Of a stretch of DNA of 32,000 nucleotides, positions 14,331 through 23,952 are shown one piece after another. The DNA is from Candidatus Saccharimonadota bacterium (GTDB lineage: Archaea; Nanobdellota; Nanobdellia; Pacearchaeales; GW2011-AR1): NCBI GenBank assembly GCA_049511795.1, contig JBEKXS010000001.1, positions 1 to 32,000 of the forward strand. The letters run 5' to 3'. Under the pieces are notes generated by a model, which saw only the letters and a list, made by a program, of their open reading frames with translations, made no database searches and was not told the DNA's origin. Every line of letters starts with the position of its first letter. Positions within the stretch are counted from its first letter, which is position 1. Position numbers and translations under genes: made by a program.

Positions 14331-16801
14331 TAGATGAAAAAGAAGAAAAAGAAAAACAAGAAACAGAGAAACCAAATGAAAAAGGCGTTATTGACGCAGA
14401 AATCTCACAAGAGATGAAGAAAGCATATCTTGATTATGCAATGTCTGTTATTGTTGCCAGAGCGCTTCCAGCAATTGAAGATGGAATGAAGCCTGTTCAG
14501 AGAAGAATTCTTTATGCAATGAAAAGAGCTGGCATGACTTCTGACAAGCAGACAAAAAAATCAGTTGCTGTTGTCGGAGATGTTCTTAAGATGTATCACC
14601 CTCACGGGGATGTTGCTGTTTATGACGCTCTTGTAAGGATGGCACAGGATTTTACTCTTAGATACCCACTTATTTTCGGTCAGGGAAATTTTGGAAGTAT
14701 TGATGGAGATCCTCCTGCTGCATATAGGTATACAGAAGCAAAGCTTGCGCAGATATCTGAAGATTTGCTTGAAGACATTGACAAAAATACTGTTAACATG
14801 ATTCCTAATTTTGATAATTCAACAAAAGAGCCAGAGCTTCTTCCTGGAAAGCTTCCTGCTTTGATGCTGAATGGTGCTTCAGGAATTGCAGTTGGAATGG
14901 CGACAAATATTCCTCCGCATAATTTGACAGAAGTTTGCGATGCAATAACAGAATACATAAAAAATCCGGAAACAAGCATTGAAGAGCTTGCAAAGATTGT
15001 CACAGGTCCTGATTTTCCGACAGGTGGATATGTTTCAGGAGACATGCTTGAACTTTACAAGACAGGAAGAGGGCAAATGATTCTTAGGGGAAAGACAACA
15101 ACAGAAACAATAAGGAACAAGGAAGCAATAGTTATTACAGAAATTCCATACATGCTTAACAAATCAGATTTGGTGACGCAGATTGCAGATATGATTCAGA
15201 AGAAAAAAATTGGAGACATTTATGATTTAAGGGATGAAAGCTCAAAAGGAAAAATAAGAATTGTTGTAGAGCTTAAGAAAGGTGCAAATCCAAAAATGGT
15301 TACAAATGCGCTTTACAAATATACAAGGCTTCAGGATTCTTTCAATGTTAATTTCCTTGCGCTTGTAAAAGGCCAGCCACGTGTGCTCAATTTGAAGGAA
15401 GTTGTGAAAGAGTATGTTGAATATAGAAAAAAGATAATTACAAACAGGACAAAATTCGATTTGAAAAAGGCACAGGAAAGGCAGGAAATTGTTCTTGGCC
15501 TTATTATTGCCTTGAAGAACATAGATGATGTTATTTCAACGATAAAGAAATCAAAAAACACAACAGAAGCAACAGATTCTCTTATGAGCAAGTTTAAGCT
15601 TACAAAAAATCAGGCTCAGGCTGTTTTGGATACAAAGCTTCATCAGTTGACAACACTAGAACAGGACAAGCTGAAAAAAGAAGAGAATGAGCTAAAGACA
15701 GAAATCGAAGAATTAAAGAAAATACTTGCTGATATCAAGGAAATTCTGAGAGTTATTTTGAAGGAAGTTTCTGAAATGAAGAGAAATTACGGAGATAACA
15801 GAAGAACATATGTTCTGCAAAAGATTTCTGAAATTTCTGAAAAAGATGTCATACAGAAAAAAGAAGTTGTTGTAACAATAACTGACAAAGGATATTGCAA
15901 GAGAATGGACATTCAGTCATACAAGGAACAGAAAAGAGGAGGAAAAGGAAGTATTGGAAGCAATCTTGCAACAGGAGATTTTGTAAAACAATTGATAACA
16001 TGCTCAACGCACGATTACATGATGTTTTTCACCACAAAAGGCAGAGTTCTCTGGCTAAAGGCTTATGATATTCCTGAAACAGAAAAATACAGCAAGGGAA
16101 AAGCACTTGCAAATCTTTTAAGTCTCAAGGATGAAAGCGTTGCTAATGTTATTTCAGTGAATAAGTTTGAGGATTCTTTGTTTATGGTAACAAAGCTTGG
16201 AGTTGTCAAGAAAACGCCATTGGATAATTTCTCAAGCCCAAGAGCTTCTGGAATAAAAGCAATTAATCTTCCTGAAGACAATACAGACACGCTTATTGGA
16301 GTCCAAGTTGTTAAGAAAGGTGAGGAAGTTCTTTTAGCTACAAAAAAAGGACAGGCAATAAAATTTGATGCAGACGATGTTCGTGACATGGGAAGAGCAA
16401 GCTATGGTGTTGCTGGAATAAAGCTAGAGAAAGGAGATGAAGTTGTTAGCTTGGAAGTTTTGAAGAGCGAATCAATTCTTACAATAACAAGAAATGGCTA
16501 TGGAAAAAGAACAGAAGTAAAAGATTACAGAAAAACAGCGAGAGCTGGAAAAGGAGTAATTAACCTAAAAGTTTCTGACAAAACAGGAGATGTTGTGACG
16601 ACTGTTTCTGTAAATCCTGAAGATTCAATAATTATCACAACTGCAAAAGGACTCGTTATGAGAACTTCTTTGAAAAATATAAGAATAATGGGAAGAGCTG
16701 CGCAAGGAGTCAGAATTGTAAAGCTTGCGCCAGGCGATACTGTTACAGATTTAGTTCGTGTTGTTGAAGACACAAATGGGAATGGAGAAGAGAAAAAATA
16801 A
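14327..16801 (+). CDS. gyrA: DNA gyrase subunit A
   Basis: Motifs present: SVIVARALP...[20 protein letters not shown], the active-site region [10 protein letters not shown], and C-terminal beta-pinwheel repeats. The protein is 824 aa. Confidence 0.93.
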   Translation: MIDEKEEKEKQETEKPNEKGVIDAEISQEMKKAYLDYAMSVIVARALPAIEDGMKPVQRRILYAMKRAGMTSDKQTKKSVAVVGDVLKMYHPHGDVAVYDALVRMAQDFTLRYPLIFGQGNFGSIDGDPPAAYRYTEAKLAQISEDLLEDIDKNTVNMIPNFDNSTKEPELLPGKLPALMLNGASGIAVGMATNIPPHNLTEVCDAITEYIKNPETSIEELAKIVTGPDFPTGGYVSGDMLELYKTGRGQMILRGKTTTETIRNKEAIVITEIPYMLNKSDLVTQIADMIQKKKIGDIYDLRDESSKGKIRIVVELKKGANPKMVTNALYKYTRLQDSFNVNFLALVKGQPRVLNLKEVVKEYVEYRKKIITNRTKFDLKKAQERQEIVLGLIIALKNIDDVISTIKKSKNTTEATDSLMSKFKLTKNQAQAVLDTKLHQLTTLEQDKLKKEENELKTEIEELKKILADIKEILRVILKEVSEMKRNYGDNRRTYVLQKISEISEKDVIQKKEVVVTITDKGYCKRMDIQSYKEQKRGGKGSIGSNLATGDFVKQLITCSTHDYMMFFTTKGRVLWLKAYDIPETEKYSKGKALANLLSLKDESVANVISVNKFEDSLFMVTKLGVVKKTPLDNFSSPRASGIKAINLPEDNTDTLIGVQVVKKGEEVLLATKKGQAIKFDADDVRDMGRASYGVAGIKLEKGDEVVSLEVLKSESILTITRNGYGKRTEVKDYRKTARAGKGVINLKVSDKTGDVVTTVSVNPEDSIIITTAKGLVMRTSLKNIRIMGRAAQGVRIVKLAPGDTVTDLVRVVEDTNGNGEEKK

Positions 16802-16805
16802 TTTC

Positions 16806-17645
16806 TTAATTATTCAAATTAAATCCGCATCTCTGACTTGTTGAATTCCAGAAATTAAATCCTCTTGTCTGGCAGCAAGCATCATTCTGTCCTGGTGTGA
16901 CTGTCCCGCAGCTTGCTCCGAGAACATTTAGTGTTTTTGTTTCAGCAATAAGGAATCCATACCAAGGCTTGTGCTCTCCCGAAACAGATGCATTTTCAGG
17001 GTCAACGTTCCAGGAAACTCCTTCATGCATATTGAACAATCCAATGAACTTCCCTTGCCTGTTTGCGTGAACTTCATATTGCCCGTTGTTGTTTAAATCA
17101 ATGTTTGTTACATTGTCAGCAGATATTGTTGCATTTGTTTCTTGGACAATCAAAGCTTGAACTTGGTCTGGAAGAAGATTTATCAGTTTTGTCTTATTAT
17201 TATTAAAGACTCCGTAAAGAGTCCCGTTAATATCTTTGTACAATTGAACTTCTGCTGATGCATTAATTCCTTTTGATTGGATTATTACATTTCCAGACTC
17301 TCCTGCAAAAATTATCATTGTTCTGCTTCCGTTTATGTTACATCTTAATGTAACACCTGTAACAGTACAATTGTCAGGAATTTGTGTACTCGTAAGGTTT
17401 AGTCTGTTTCTTTCCTGCAATCCGTTTTTTATTCTTTCAACATCTTCACTATGAACTGCTTTGAACACCATTGTCCTATTTGTTTGATTGTCATGAACCT
17501 CTATTTGGTTGTCATTGTTTCCTGAATTTGCAGTAATAACTCCATTAGCGCTAGTGCCTAGACTTACTCCATTATTATCTGCACTAACAGCCAAAATCCC
17601 AAATAAGAAAATAGCTGCAAGAACGAAAATCAGCCCTTTTTTCAT
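16806..17645 (-). CDS. Secreted hypothetical protein with Cys-rich C-terminus
   Basis: Signal peptide is MKKGLIFVLAAIFLFGILAVSA. There are many N-x-S/T sequons and a C-terminal CGTVTPGQNDACCQTRGF...RCGF. TATA-like AAATATATAAAA lies just upstream on the minus strand. It is convergent with gyrA, leaving a 4-nt gap. Confidence 0.6.
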   Translation of the reverse strand: MKKGLIFVLAAIFLFGILAVSADNNGVSLGTSANGVITANSGNNDNQIEVHDNQTNRTMVFKAVHSEDVERIKNGLQERNRLNLTSTQIPDNCTVTGVTLRCNINGSRTMIIFAGESGNVIIQSKGINASAEVQLYKDINGTLYGVFNNNKTKLINLLPDQVQALIVQETNATISADNVTNIDLNNNGQYEVHANRQGKFIGLFNMHEGVSWNVDPENASVSGEHKPWYGFLIAETKTLNVLGASCGTVTPGQNDACCQTRGFNFWNSTSQRCGFNLNN

Positions 17646-17676
17646 CGGTTTTTTAAGAAAATAGGTTTTATATATT

Positions 17677-18876
17677 TTATGAAAGAATTCTGCCCCAGCC
17701 TATAAGGCGCCAGTGGCCTTCAATGTTTCTTGCTATGCCTACATTGTCATCTTTCAGGGCAACTATTGGAATGTTCAATGACATTTCAACTTCATTCTTT
17801 GAGATTTTTTCTACTGTTCCAACTGTTATCGTTGTATTTATGCTTAGCATCAGCAATTCCTTTATTCTTATTGAATCAACAGGCTTTTCATTTCCCAAGC
17901 CAAGAACTTGTGGGAAAAGCTTTGATTCAATCTTGATTCTGTGTTTTATTTCAGGCAAACTTCCTTTTAATGAAGCAATGCAGCCTGTCAGGGAATCTGC
18001 TTTTGTTATAAAAGCGTCAAGACCTGTTTCTATTGAAATGCTTGCGCCAGGTGTTATTTCTTTTACTTCTTCATTTCCTTTTCTCAATGAAAGAATTTTC
18101 GTGTAAAGCGTTTTGTAAATTATTTCATCATGCTTCTTCGAGCTTATTCCTGGCTTTATTTCAATTTCATCGCCAACTTTTAGAATACCTTGTTTCAAAA
18201 TTCCGCCTAGAACACCACCTTTTATGTTTTTGATTTCTGTTCCAGGCCTGTTTATGTCAAAGCTTCTTGCAATAAGGAAGAATGGAGCTGATTTAGTATC
18301 TCTTTCTGGAATTTTAACCATTGCCAGTTCTTCAAAAATCCTGTCAAGATTTATTTCCTGCTGGGCAGAAACAGGAATTATAGGAGCATTTTCTGCGATA
18401 GTTCCTTTAAGGAATTTTTTTATCTCTTTGTAATTTTCCAGCGCCTGTTTTTTATCAACCAAGTCTATTTTATTCTGTACTACAATTATATTCTTTACAT
18501 TTTTCGCCTGCAAAGCCATGAAGTGCTCTCTTGTTTGTGGCTTTATTCCTTCATTTGCAGCAATCACAAGAATAGCAGCGTCAATTACAGCTGCTCCAGA
18601 AAGCATTGTAGCCATAAGCATTTCATGCCCTGGTGCATCAATGAAACTTACATACCTGAAAGGAGTGCCTTTTTTCTTATTGTTATAATTGTTCCCATCT
18701 TTGTAAATAATTGTCTCTGCATATCCAAGCTTTATTGTAATTCCTCTTTTTAGCTCTTCAGAATGAGTGTCTGTGAATTTTCCTGTGAGCTTGCTGAGCA
18801 ATGTTGTTTTTCCATGGTCAATATGGCCTACAACACCAACGTTTAACTCTGGAAGATTTTTTTCATTTTGATTCAT
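17677..18876 (-). CDS. eif2g: Translation initiation factor aIF2 gamma subunit
   Basis: Contains NVGVVGHIDHGKTTL, RGITIKLGYA, FIDAPGHE and NKIDL, followed by EF-Tu-like domains II and III. The protein is 399 aa. Confidence 0.9.
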   Translation of the reverse strand: MNQNEKNLPELNVGVVGHIDHGKTTLLSKLTGKFTDTHSEELKRGITIKLGYAETIIYKDGNNYNNKKKGTPFRYVSFIDAPGHEMLMATMLSGAAVIDAAILVIAANEGIKPQTREHFMALQAKNVKNIIVVQNKIDLVDKKQALENYKEIKKFLKGTIAENAPIIPVSAQQEINLDRIFEELAMVKIPERDTKSAPFFLIARSFDINRPGTEIKNIKGGVLGGILKQGILKVGDEIEIKPGISSKKHDEIIYKTLYTKILSLRKGNEEVKEITPGASISIETGLDAFITKADSLTGCIASLKGSLPEIKHRIKIESKLFPQVLGLGNEKPVDSIRIKELLMLSINTTITVGTVEKISKNEVEMSLNIPIVALKDDNVGIARNIEGHWRLIGWGRILS

Positions 18877-18937
18877 TGAAAAATTAAGATAGAACGACTT
18901 TTTAAGGGTTTTGAGGCTTGAAAATTTGTATAAATAA

Positions 18938-19264
18938 TTACATGCTCCTTACGGGATGCATACCATTTTGAATCTTCAAATTTTTTGGGCCACCGACTAT
19001 CGGTTCTATAAATGTAAAGCAGTATCTTACCCCTTCTGTTAATTTGCCAACAGTATCTTGATCACCTTCTATTGCAAAACGTGGTGAATAATTTGGATAA
19101 CTTTCTCTGTATTCTTTAGGCATTGGATCGAAAATATAAGTTCCAGTTCTCCCCTCTCTTCCTTGATAAATTTCACAGTGATTTCTAGTAGGGCCAAGGT
19201 TATTTACTGCTCCACCTAAGCAAGCAACAAATCCAGCTGTTAGTAAAAATGTTAATGTTTTCAT
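18938..19264 (-). CDS. Small secreted hypothetical protein
   Basis: Signal peptide is MKTLTFLLTAGFVACLGG. TATA-like GATTTAAATAGG lies about 30 nt upstream on the minus strand. Confidence 0.55.
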   Translation of the reverse strand: MKTLTFLLTAGFVACLGGAVNNLGPTRNHCEIYQGREGRTGTYIFDPMPKEYRESYPNYSPRFAIEGDQDTVGKLTEGVRYCFTFIEPIVGGPKNLKIQNGMHPVRSM

Positions 19265-19346
19265 ATTTTTTACAGAAAAAACGCCTATTTAAATCTTGCT
19301 ATTTTGTTACTACTTTAAAGGTAACACTAAAACACCTGGCATACTT

Positions 19347-19532
19347 TTAACTGTCAATATAATTATTCCAATATTCAAAATCGCTTATTTCTTCCGGGAT
19401 AATATGAGAATCATCTAAAGAATCTAATCTACTACCATATTTTCTTACAAAATCATTTATATCATAACCCCGCTCAAAACTTATTCCGGAAAAATCAACA
19501 TGGTCAAAATCAAGCCTGAGCGAAAGTGTCAT
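19347..19532 (-). CDS. Hypothetical acidic 61-aa protein
   Basis: The ORF lies 24 nt downstream of rps6e on the same strand. I found no SD or TATA and recognised no family. Confidence 0.3.
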   Translation of the reverse strand: MTLSLRLDFDHVDFSGISFERGYDINDFVRKYGSRLDSLDDSHIIPEEISDFEYWNNYIDS

Positions 19533-19556
19533 TTTAAGCGTTTGGTATACTAAGAA

Positions 19557-20066
19557 TTATGGTGCTGGAGAAGCCTCTTCTTTTTTCTCTGCTTTTGGGG
19601 TTTCACGCGCCTTTTTCCTTCTCATAGCACGATTTTCTTTTTTCTCTTTTCCTTTTGCTTGGTCAGGAAATATTTCAGAAAGTGGTTTGCTGCCGGTCTT
19701 GAGAACTTTTAAATTAATTTGCATTGTATCTGCTGAAAGAACTTTTCCGCGGACAGTTCTTCGCAATCTTAGGCCATGTGGTCTTGGATTTGAAACTTTC
19801 TTTTTTCCCTCTCTTTTTGGCCTTTTATGCATTGATTTTCCGTATGTAAGTAGAAGTCTTCTTAATGCAGGTCCTTGAGCATTTTCATGGGAAGAAAAGC
19901 CAGCTTTGTCGCTTGCACCTGTAATTTCAAGTTCATAGCCTTCCAAGGCAGGAAGTATTTCCTTCCCCTGAATTTTTTCATGAAGCTCTTTTCCGAAGAG
20001 ATCTTCTGTTTCCAGCTCAAACTTGTATGTTTTTCCGGTTTTGTCTGAAACATTTATCTTGAACAT
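19557..20066 (-). CDS. rps6e: 30S ribosomal protein S6e with Lys/Glu-rich C-terminal extension
   Basis: MFKINVSDKTGKTYKFE...GYELEITGASDKAGF...RRTVRGKVLSADTMQINLKVL is the S6e pattern. At 169 aa it exceeds the typical archaeal length of about 130 aa. Confidence 0.85.
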   Translation of the reverse strand: MFKINVSDKTGKTYKFELETEDLFGKELHEKIQGKEILPALEGYELEITGASDKAGFSSHENAQGPALRRLLLTYGKSMHKRPKREGKKKVSNPRPHGLRLRRTVRGKVLSADTMQINLKVLKTGSKPLSEIFPDQAKGKEKKENRAMRRKKARETPKAEKKEEASPAP

Positions 20067-20114
20067 ATTAGTTAATTGAGAAAATGATTTTTAAACCTTA
20101 TTATATCTAAAAAA

Positions 20115-20306
20115 TCAGATATTTATTCCTATAAGGAACAATACTAAAGCTATAATTAATTCCCAATATCCTACTTTTCTCATTATTTTGTGACTTCTTA
20201 GGATTTTTTCGCCTTCTTTCTTGCTAAAATGTGGAAAGATAAGGAACAAAAGTCCCTTTAAGAAAACAAGAATAGCTATAGTTAGCAAGATAATATTCCA
20301 ATTCAT
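20115..20306 (-). CDS. Small two-TM membrane protein
   Basis: Two hydrophobic helices flank a basic loop. TATA-like GATTTAAAAATT lies about 30 nt upstream on the minus strand. Confidence 0.5.
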   Translation of the reverse strand: MNWNIILLTIAILVFLKGLLFLIFPHFSKKEGEKILRSHKIMRKVGYWELIIALVLFLIGINI

Positions 20307-20349
20307 TATTTATCAAGGATTATTTAATTTTTAAATCTGATGATGAAGT

Positions 20350-22089
20350 CTACATTCCCCAATCTGCCTTTGATTTCCTCTTGATTTCTGCAATTTCCTG
20401 AAGAAGATTTATTTCTTTTCCAGACAAAAGGTCCTTGTTCTTCCTGAAATTTCTGAACTCGCTTTCTCCCATGTCTGAATAAAGGAAATTAACATCTTTC
20501 ATTCTTCTCTCGAAATTTATTCCTGGAACAGAGACAGCCAGCTCTTCGCCATCAGAAGCTGTTTCAACGCTTCTTTTTTCTGCCTGCATGTTCTTTATTT
20601 TTCCGACTTTTTCATTTTTCTCGTCAATTAAATGTATTCCAGGCACAAGCTTTCCTGCCTCAACTTTAACGCCAAAAATTGCAGGGCTTGTATTTCTGAA
20701 AACATACTGCTTCAAAACCCTGAGTTTACACAATTGTGTTAGTCCAAGAAGCCTTGTTTTTTCTATCTCTTTTCTTTTTTCATCCCTGAACTTAACTAAA
20801 TCTTCTATAAGCTTGTAAATAACTTCATCTGTCAATACTTTTACATTTCCCTGCATTTGCCTTGCTTCATCATCCATTGTAACATTGAAACCAAGAATTA
20901 CTGCATCAACCTCGTTAATTTCAAGATTTGCCTTCGCATTTATTACATCTGTCTTGTTTATTTTTCCAATGCTTGCTTTTAGCACAGGAATATTTGCCTG
21001 CTCCAAGAGAATCATCAATGCTTCCAGGCTTCCAAGAGAATCTGCTTTGGCAATTATTCCGCTTTGGTCTGTTTTTATGTTTTCAGACAATTCTTTTTTG
21101 AACATTTTTTCTATTTCATCCAAATTATTTTTGAAAACAACAAAGGGCATTCCTGGAAGAATATCAATATTTTCTGTTAACTGAAGACGAAGCCCTGTTG
21201 CAGCTGTGACTTTTTCTTTTGGAGAAAACTTGTCGCTGATAGGCTGTATCTCTTCCAGAACACGAATTTTTACAACAACGGGCTTTGCTTCAAGATTTGC
21301 AACAGCTATCTGATCTTTCTTTGAAAGCTCGCCATCATAAAGAATTGATTCAATATAATACTGATTTTTTTCCTGCTTTACTTCAAGAACAACTCCTTTT
21401 GCCTCGCTACCAAGCTTAATTCTGTTTTCAAGATATTTCTGGCTTAAGCCACATAACATCAGAATAAGTTCGGGAATTCCCTCTCCTGTTTTTGCAGAGC
21501 AAGGAACAAGAGCTATTTTTTTTGTAAAATCAGTTATGTTGTAATAAAGGTCTGCATCAAAGCCATAACTGTTAAGTGAGCCAACAAGTGTGAGATATTT
21601 TTCAGTGAAATCCATTTCTGTATTCTTCGCTTGCGATTCAATGCTTTCCTTAAGTGTATCTGAATTTTTCTTCCAGCCGTGAATATTGTCTATTTTATTC
21701 AGAGCAATTACGAACGGAGTTTTATTGTGTTTTAAAATTTGTATTACCTCAGATGTCTGTGGTTTTATTCCTTCATTTATGTCAATGACAAGAACAGCAA
21801 GGTCTGCTAATGAGCCTCCCCTCTTTCTCAGATTTGTGAAAGCAGCATGTCCTGGCGTGTCAATCAGCAAAAAGCCAGGAATATCTAGTTTGATTCCGCT
21901 TTTTTCAATCAATGGGCAAGCTTTTTTTAGATTTTCTGCAGGGTACAAAGTAAAAGAAATTTTTTGAGTTATTCCGCCAGCTTCACCTGTTGCAACACTG
22001 CTTTTTCTCAGCCTGTCCAGTATGCTTGTCTTCCCATGGTCCACATGACCGCAGACTGTTACAATTGGCTGTCGAATTCTTGTTTTCAT
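20350..22089 (-). CDS. infB: Translation initiation factor aIF5B (IF-2 homologue)
   Basis: Contains RQPIVTVCGHVDHGKTSILD, DTPGH and NKID. Length (579 aa) and domain order are typical of archaeal aIF5B, with no intein-sized insertion. Confidence 0.9.
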   Translation of the reverse strand: MKTRIRQPIVTVCGHVDHGKTSILDRLRKSSVATGEAGGITQKISFTLYPAENLKKACPLIEKSGIKLDIPGFLLIDTPGHAAFTNLRKRGGSLADLAVLVIDINEGIKPQTSEVIQILKHNKTPFVIALNKIDNIHGWKKNSDTLKESIESQAKNTEMDFTEKYLTLVGSLNSYGFDADLYYNITDFTKKIALVPCSAKTGEGIPELILMLCGLSQKYLENRIKLGSEAKGVVLEVKQEKNQYYIESILYDGELSKKDQIAVANLEAKPVVVKIRVLEEIQPISDKFSPKEKVTAATGLRLQLTENIDILPGMPFVVFKNNLDEIEKMFKKELSENIKTDQSGIIAKADSLGSLEALMILLEQANIPVLKASIGKINKTDVINAKANLEINEVDAVILGFNVTMDDEARQMQGNVKVLTDEVIYKLIEDLVKFRDEKRKEIEKTRLLGLTQLCKLRVLKQYVFRNTSPAIFGVKVEAGKLVPGIHLIDEKNEKVGKIKNMQAEKRSVETASDGEELAVSVPGINFERRMKDVNFLYSDMGESEFRNFRKNKDLLSGKEINLLQEIAEIKRKSKADWGM

Positions 22090-22164
22090 GTTGCATTGTT
22101 TTTCGTTTTATGATATATTTCTCAGTGTAGATTTATTTTTAAAGCTTGAGATGCATGTTTTTAT

Positions 22165-22458
22165 GTGACAGACAGAACATTGCCTAAATCTTGCGAATAT
22201 GTAGAGTATATTAATTCTGCCCCATTATGTACAATAGCAGGATTGTATTGTTTAGATGTTTCAAGCCCTCCTCTTTGTCCTTATATATCTCCTATTAAAA
22301 TATCTGTTAAGAAAATAGCTGAATGTACTTTAAGACTTAGTCAATTAGAAGGAAGAAAGAATGCAGAGAAATCAATAACTCTAGGCCCTGATGAAGAAGT
22401 TCCTTTTGGTAAACTTGAAAGAGATGTTAAAGACCTTGAGGCTTCTCACAACTGCTGA
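22165..22458 (+). CDS. Hypothetical Cys-containing protein (GTG start)
   Basis: The only support is the ORF and a T/A-rich element about 30 nt upstream. The start is GTG and I recognised no family. Confidence 0.3.
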   Translation: MTDRTLPKSCEYVEYINSAPLCTIAGLYCLDVSSPPLCPYISPIKISVKKIAECTLRLSQLEGRKNAEKSITLGPDEEVPFGKLERDVKDLEASHNC

Positions 22459-22497
22459 CCCTAATTAATTTTAAAAACTGGATTCCTTTATACTAAT

Positions 22498-22659
22498 ATG
22501 GTATTTTGGTTTTACATTCCCGGAATTGTTATAGGATTAATTGGAATATTAATGATGACACTCAGCTTTGATAACAGAAGAGTTGTTACGTGGGGCCTTA
22601 CTTTGCTTGTAATTGCGCTTGTCGCAGAAGCTGCTATCTGGTTTGCCAGTTTAGTTTAA
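22498..22659 (+). CDS. 53-aa two-TM membrane micro-protein (not in ORF track)
   Basis: Translation is MVFWFYIPGIVIGLIGILMMTLSFDNRRVVTWGLTLLVIALVAEAAIWFASLV. TATA-like ATTTTAAAAA at 22468-22477 lies about 25 nt upstream of the ATG. Confidence 0.45.
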   Translation: MVFWFYIPGIVIGLIGILMMTLSFDNRRVVTWGLTLLVIALVAEAAIWFASLV

Positions 22660-22667
22660 AATTAGAA

Positions 22668-22967
22668 TTAATAATCCTGAATTTCTTCTTCCTCATCTGA
22701 GAGAGTTTTCTGTCCTGCTTCAGACTTTTTGCCTTCTTCTTTTACTGGCTCTGCCTTCAAGTCTTCTTCAGATATAGAATTTATCATTTCCTTGAATTTT
22801 GGGAAATCTGCTGCGCCGATTTTCACTCCAGATTTTGTGAAGCCAGTGTATCTCTCTGATGTTACAAACTCACGTATTGTTACTCCGGGCCTACCACCAA
22901 AATCATCCAGTCTTATGATTATGTCTGTTGTATCATTCTTTTTTATCTTTCCAAGGTCTTTTTCCAT
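22668..22967 (-). CDS. PC4 / YdbC-like ssDNA-binding protein with acidic C-terminal tail
   Basis: IIRLDDFGGRPGVTIREFVTSERYTGFTKSGVKIGAADFPKFKEMINSIS aligns by eye to the PC4 C-terminal domain (VSVRDFKGKVLIDIREYW...GRKGISL...W..LKEQI..I). TATA-like CTTTATATAAAC lies about 25 nt upstream. Confidence 0.65.
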   Translation of the reverse strand: MEKDLGKIKKNDTTDIIIRLDDFGGRPGVTIREFVTSERYTGFTKSGVKIGAADFPKFKEMINSISEEDLKAEPVKEEGKKSEAGQKTLSDEEEEIQDY

Positions 22968-23019
22968 GATTTAGGGTTGTTTTTTAGTTTATATAAAGTT
23001 TGTGATGATTGAAAATGAC

Positions 23020-23340
23020 TTATCTCCTCTTGTTCTGGTTGCTTATGTGGAATTCATGCTCAATCTGCTGCTCTATTTTCTTGAAAACCATATGGAACAC
23101 CTTTCTAAGGTCAAAATCGCTTGCTTCTGCATCCATTGTCTTGCCTGCATAGGTTACAAGGGCATGAATGCTAAATTTGGTCTTTCCTCCTTTGCTGTGC
23201 TCTTTTAGCCTTACTCTGAATGATTCTGCATCACCAAGCATTCGGTCTATTTTTTTGGAATTCTCCTCAAATATCTTCTCAAATTCGTTTCTAGTATTAT
23301 CTGTAAGAATTTCAAACCCTATTGTCTGGAGTTCAACCAT
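23020..23340 (-). CDS. Ribosome hibernation factor-like protein (HPF/RaiA, S30AE family-like)
   Basis: Size (106 aa) and pattern resemble bacterial HPF: MVELQTIGFEILTDNTRNEFEKIFEE..., FSIHALVTYAGKTMDAEASDFDLRKVFHMVFKKIEQQI. HPF reads (I)TG..vE.T.alr.yv..k...l...f... then a.l.v.g...ha.a...DmyaAID...dKl.rQl. The start is 8 nt downstream of the cupin gene. Confidence 0.5.
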   Translation of the reverse strand: MVELQTIGFEILTDNTRNEFEKIFEENSKKIDRMLGDAESFRVRLKEHSKGGKTKFSIHALVTYAGKTMDAEASDFDLRKVFHMVFKKIEQQIEHEFHISNQNKRR

Positions 23341-23348
23341 GTTTTGTT

Positions 23349-23744
23349 TTAGTCTTTTCCTAACCTTTCTGCTTTTTCAGCATCTCTTTTTGTTTTATGG
23401 ATTGTTCCAGGCTTGTGGTTTGGAGGAGAATAAATAGTGTAAAGCTTGAGCTTTTTTGTTTTTGAAACATTTATCACATTGTGCCATGTTCCTGCTGGAA
23501 CAACGACAGCATAACCTTCTTTTGCCATATGCTTGTCTTTTCCGTTGTTTAGGACAAATTCTGCGTTTCCACTTTCTATTCTGATAAACTGGTCTGTTTT
23601 TGGATGGACTTCGTTTCCTATTTCTTCTCTTGGTTTCAGAGACATTACAACAAGCTGTTCATGCTTGCCTGTAAAAAGAACTTTTCTGAAATAGTTGTTC
23701 TTCAGCGTTTCTTTTTCTATAGAACGTACGTAATGCTTTATCAT
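23349..23744 (-). CDS. Cupin-domain protein
   Basis: G.EVHP..DQFIRIESG.AEF and VVVPAGTWHNV are classic two-motif cupin signatures. The protein is 131 aa. Confidence 0.75.
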   Translation of the reverse strand: MIKHYVRSIEKETLKNNYFRKVLFTGKHEQLVVMSLKPREEIGNEVHPKTDQFIRIESGNAEFVLNNGKDKHMAKEGYAVVVPAGTWHNVINVSKTKKLKLYTIYSPPNHKPGTIHKTKRDAEKAERLGKD

Positions 23745-23795
23745 CTCTCTTATTCAGAATAAAACACGAAGATTATATAAATTTTATGAAGACAA

Positions 23796-23876
23796 CGCCC
23801 CAACCAGGACTCGAACCTGGATGCCATTTCTGGCCGAGATTTCCAATCTCGCGCAGTACCCTTGTGCCATTGGGGC
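23796..23876 (-). tRNA. tRNA-Ser (anticodon GGA), type II with long variable arm, no encoded CCA
   Basis: I folded the reverse complement GCCCCAA-TG-GCAC..TGC-G-CGAGA-TTGGAAA-TCTCG-GCCAGAAATGGCAT-CCAGG-TTCGAGT-CCTGG-TTGGGGC-G by hand. The acceptor stem is 7 bp, the anticodon and T stems are perfect 5-bp helices, and the anticodon loop UUGGAAA gives GGA. The variable arm is 14 nt. Confidence 0.85.
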
Positions 23877-23897
23877 ACGAGATTAATTCATTTGAGA

Positions 23898-23909
23898 AAT
23901 ATATAAAGT
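23898..23909 (-). promoter_or_regulatory. TATA-box-like element for tRNA-Ser
   Basis: On the minus strand CTTTATATATTT is centred about 27 nt upstream of the tRNA 5' end at 23876. Confidence 0.4.
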
Positions 23910-23952
23910 TAACTAGAATTAATTTTATAAACCCATGAAAGATGCTTAAAAT

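Noticed and set aside
11597-22089. Inteins or large insertions in gyrB, gyrA and aIF5B
   Set aside because: Protein lengths (about 630, 824 and 579 aa) and the continuous conserved motifs leave no room for an intein.
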